From Catajapyx aquilonaris (taxonomy: Eukaryota), in NCBI GenBank assembly GCA_000934665.2, contig JYFJ02001991.1:1-64000 (forward strand): DNA of 64,000 nt. Reading direction: 5' to 3'. This document shows positions 62,041 through 64,000 of the stretch, piece after piece. Position numbers and translations under genes: made by a program. Under the pieces are notes generated by a model. It worked only from the letters and a program-made list of their open reading frames with translations, was not told the origin of the DNA and did no database searches. Position 1 is the first letter of the stretch; every line of letters begins with the position of its first letter.

Positions 62041-63194
62041 AAGTAAATAACTAGGTAAGTAAATAAATAACTAGGTAAGTAAATAAATAAATGAATAAGT
62101 AATGGTTGAAAATAAAAGAACTAGCTAAAAATAAATAAATAAATAACTGTCTTGAAAATAAAATACCTCTAGCTAAGTAAAAAATATCTAGCTAAGAAAA
62201 TAAAATAACTAGCTAAATAAATAAATACTTAGCTATGCAAATAAATAGCTGTATAGAAACGGTCTAAAAACCTAATTATGTTTTATATCAATCATATATG
62301 ATATGGCTATAAAAATGTTACCCTAGTGTGATTCGAGTGGACTTTTTCTCATTAGACAGCGGATAAATAAGGCCTAATGGTGAACTTTTATTGCCTATTT
62401 CGGTCACGCTGAATCCGAATCTGAAACCAGTTTGTCGCTATCTCATACGGTTGAGGCTATGATACGTGTCCACGGACGGACAGACGGCCACATTTCATTG
62501 TATAGGAAAATGTTTAAAAGCCAAATTCTGATATATGCAACTAATTTAGGTCAGTATTAACAATCCTACTTTTTCCACACAAAAAATAAGCCTATCACAA
62601 TAGACCAACGTCTATTAATGCCCTATTAGGCCATGCCTCTTGTAACCAACAATAGCACTCATAGGGTCAACGTACCTCATCCCCCGTCTCCTTCCAACCG
62701 AACCTAACTCCCTATTTTCCTCCAATGAAATTTCGTGGTTTCTCTCCCCCCTCTACCGCCCCCTGCCCTACCGCCCCCCTTACCGCCCCCCGGTACAGTA
62801 TTTCAGATATTCGAACTCCTCTCAGATCCCCTCTCGATTTTCGAATGAAAATAGTATGCAAACAGTCGAACGGCAATCACCGAGTCTTCAAACCCTCTCC
62901 TCCTCCCCGCTTTTACTCCCTATCCACTCCATCCCCCTGGAGCTGAAAAGTATGAATTCCTTGCGCAAACTTTTCGTCTGACCTACTGACTCTATTCAAG
63001 TGGAAGTTATGAAGTGCCTTTCAGAAAATTTCCGGAACGATCGTTAGCGCTGAAGGATGCCATCTTCCTTCCTTGAAAAGGAAGTCTCCCCACTCCCCCG
63101 CCAACCCCTACTTTAGAAATAATTTTTTTTAAAAAATCATCTCGAAAATATGTTTCTTAACCTAGATAATTTTTTGATTTTTTAAACTCTTTTT

Positions 63195-64000
63195 AAGAAC
63201 GGTTTTGTCCATCTGTCTGTCAGTGAACAGGTATCAGGGCCTAAACTACATGAGATAGAGACAAACTGTTTTCTAATTCGGATTCAGCTGGACAAAATAG
63301 GTTTAATGGTCAACTTTGAGAACGGTTCTGTCAGTCTGTCCGTCCGTGGACATGTATCAGAGGCTAAACCGTATGAGATAGCGACAAACGGTTTTCGTAT
63401 TCAGATTCATCGTGACCGAAATAGGCCGAAAGGTTAACTTTCGACCTTATTCCCCGCTGTATAATGAGAAAAACTATACTCTAATCACACTCTCATGATT
63501 TGCCAATCGTTTTAAATAATGGCTGTAAATTTAACAAATGTAGTCACTTCCAGGACTAAGGTAGAAGAATTTGTGTTAAATTTTTAACTATTTTTCAGAC
63601 GTTTTTGAACAGTTCTGTTCGTATGTCCGTCCGTGGACAGGTATCAAGGCCTAAACTACCTGAGATAGCTACAAACGGTTTTCGGATTCAGATATAGCGT
63701 GACCAAAATAGGCCTAATGGTCAACTTTCGGCCTCATTATACTCTGACTAATGAGAAAAAGTTTACTCGAATTGCACTCGATTGATTTGCCAATCGCTTT
63801 TAATAATGGCTGTAAAGTTAACAACTGTACAGTCATTTCCAGGAGTACGGTAACAGCCTTATATAATTTTCGTTAAATTTCTAACTCTAATTTAGACATT
63901 TTAGATAAAAACCGGTTCTGTCCGTCTGTCTGTCAGTGGACAGGTATCAGGGTCTAAACCGCAGGAGATAGCGACAAACTGCTTTCAGATTCGGATTCAC
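63195..64000 (-). mobile_element. Tandem array of family C units (DINE-1/Helentron-like), running off the window
   Basis: Four copies of GTTCTGTC.GTCTGTC.GTC.GTGGACA.GTATCAG.G.CTAAAC...GAGATAGCGACAAAC.GTTTTC..ATTC.GATTCA. Confidence 0.6.

Overview
This is eukaryotic, arthropod-type (probably insect) genomic DNA with no prokaryotic features. The window lies almost entirely inside one minus-strand gene for an Ig-superfamily neuronal adhesion protein of the DIP (Dpr-interacting protein)/Lachesin-like group, most like DIP-epsilon/zeta. Four coding exons (58796-58902, 36431-36638, 9998-10156, 7785-7913) have canonical GT-AG junctions and compatible phases. They splice into one open frame encoding Ig domain 1 and Ig domain 2. 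The signal-peptide exon and the Ig3/C-terminal exons were not found and probably lie outside the window. The introns (22,157, 26,274 and 2,084 nt) are filled with short non-autonomous mobile elements: two tRNA-derived SINE families sharing a 3' tail, MITEs with Tc1/mariner-, pogo-, PIF/Harbinger-, hAT-, P- and CMC-like ends, and Helitron/Helentron-like repeats. There are also many minisatellites. No transposase or reverse transcriptase ORF is recognisable. The most unusual signals are about insertion targeting and nesting. Two different SINEs inserted at the same TpA step of one MITE motif, a P-like MITE inserted into the end of its own sister copy, and SINE heads and tails appear to be swapped in a modular way. 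I see no firm evidence of a wholly new gene system.
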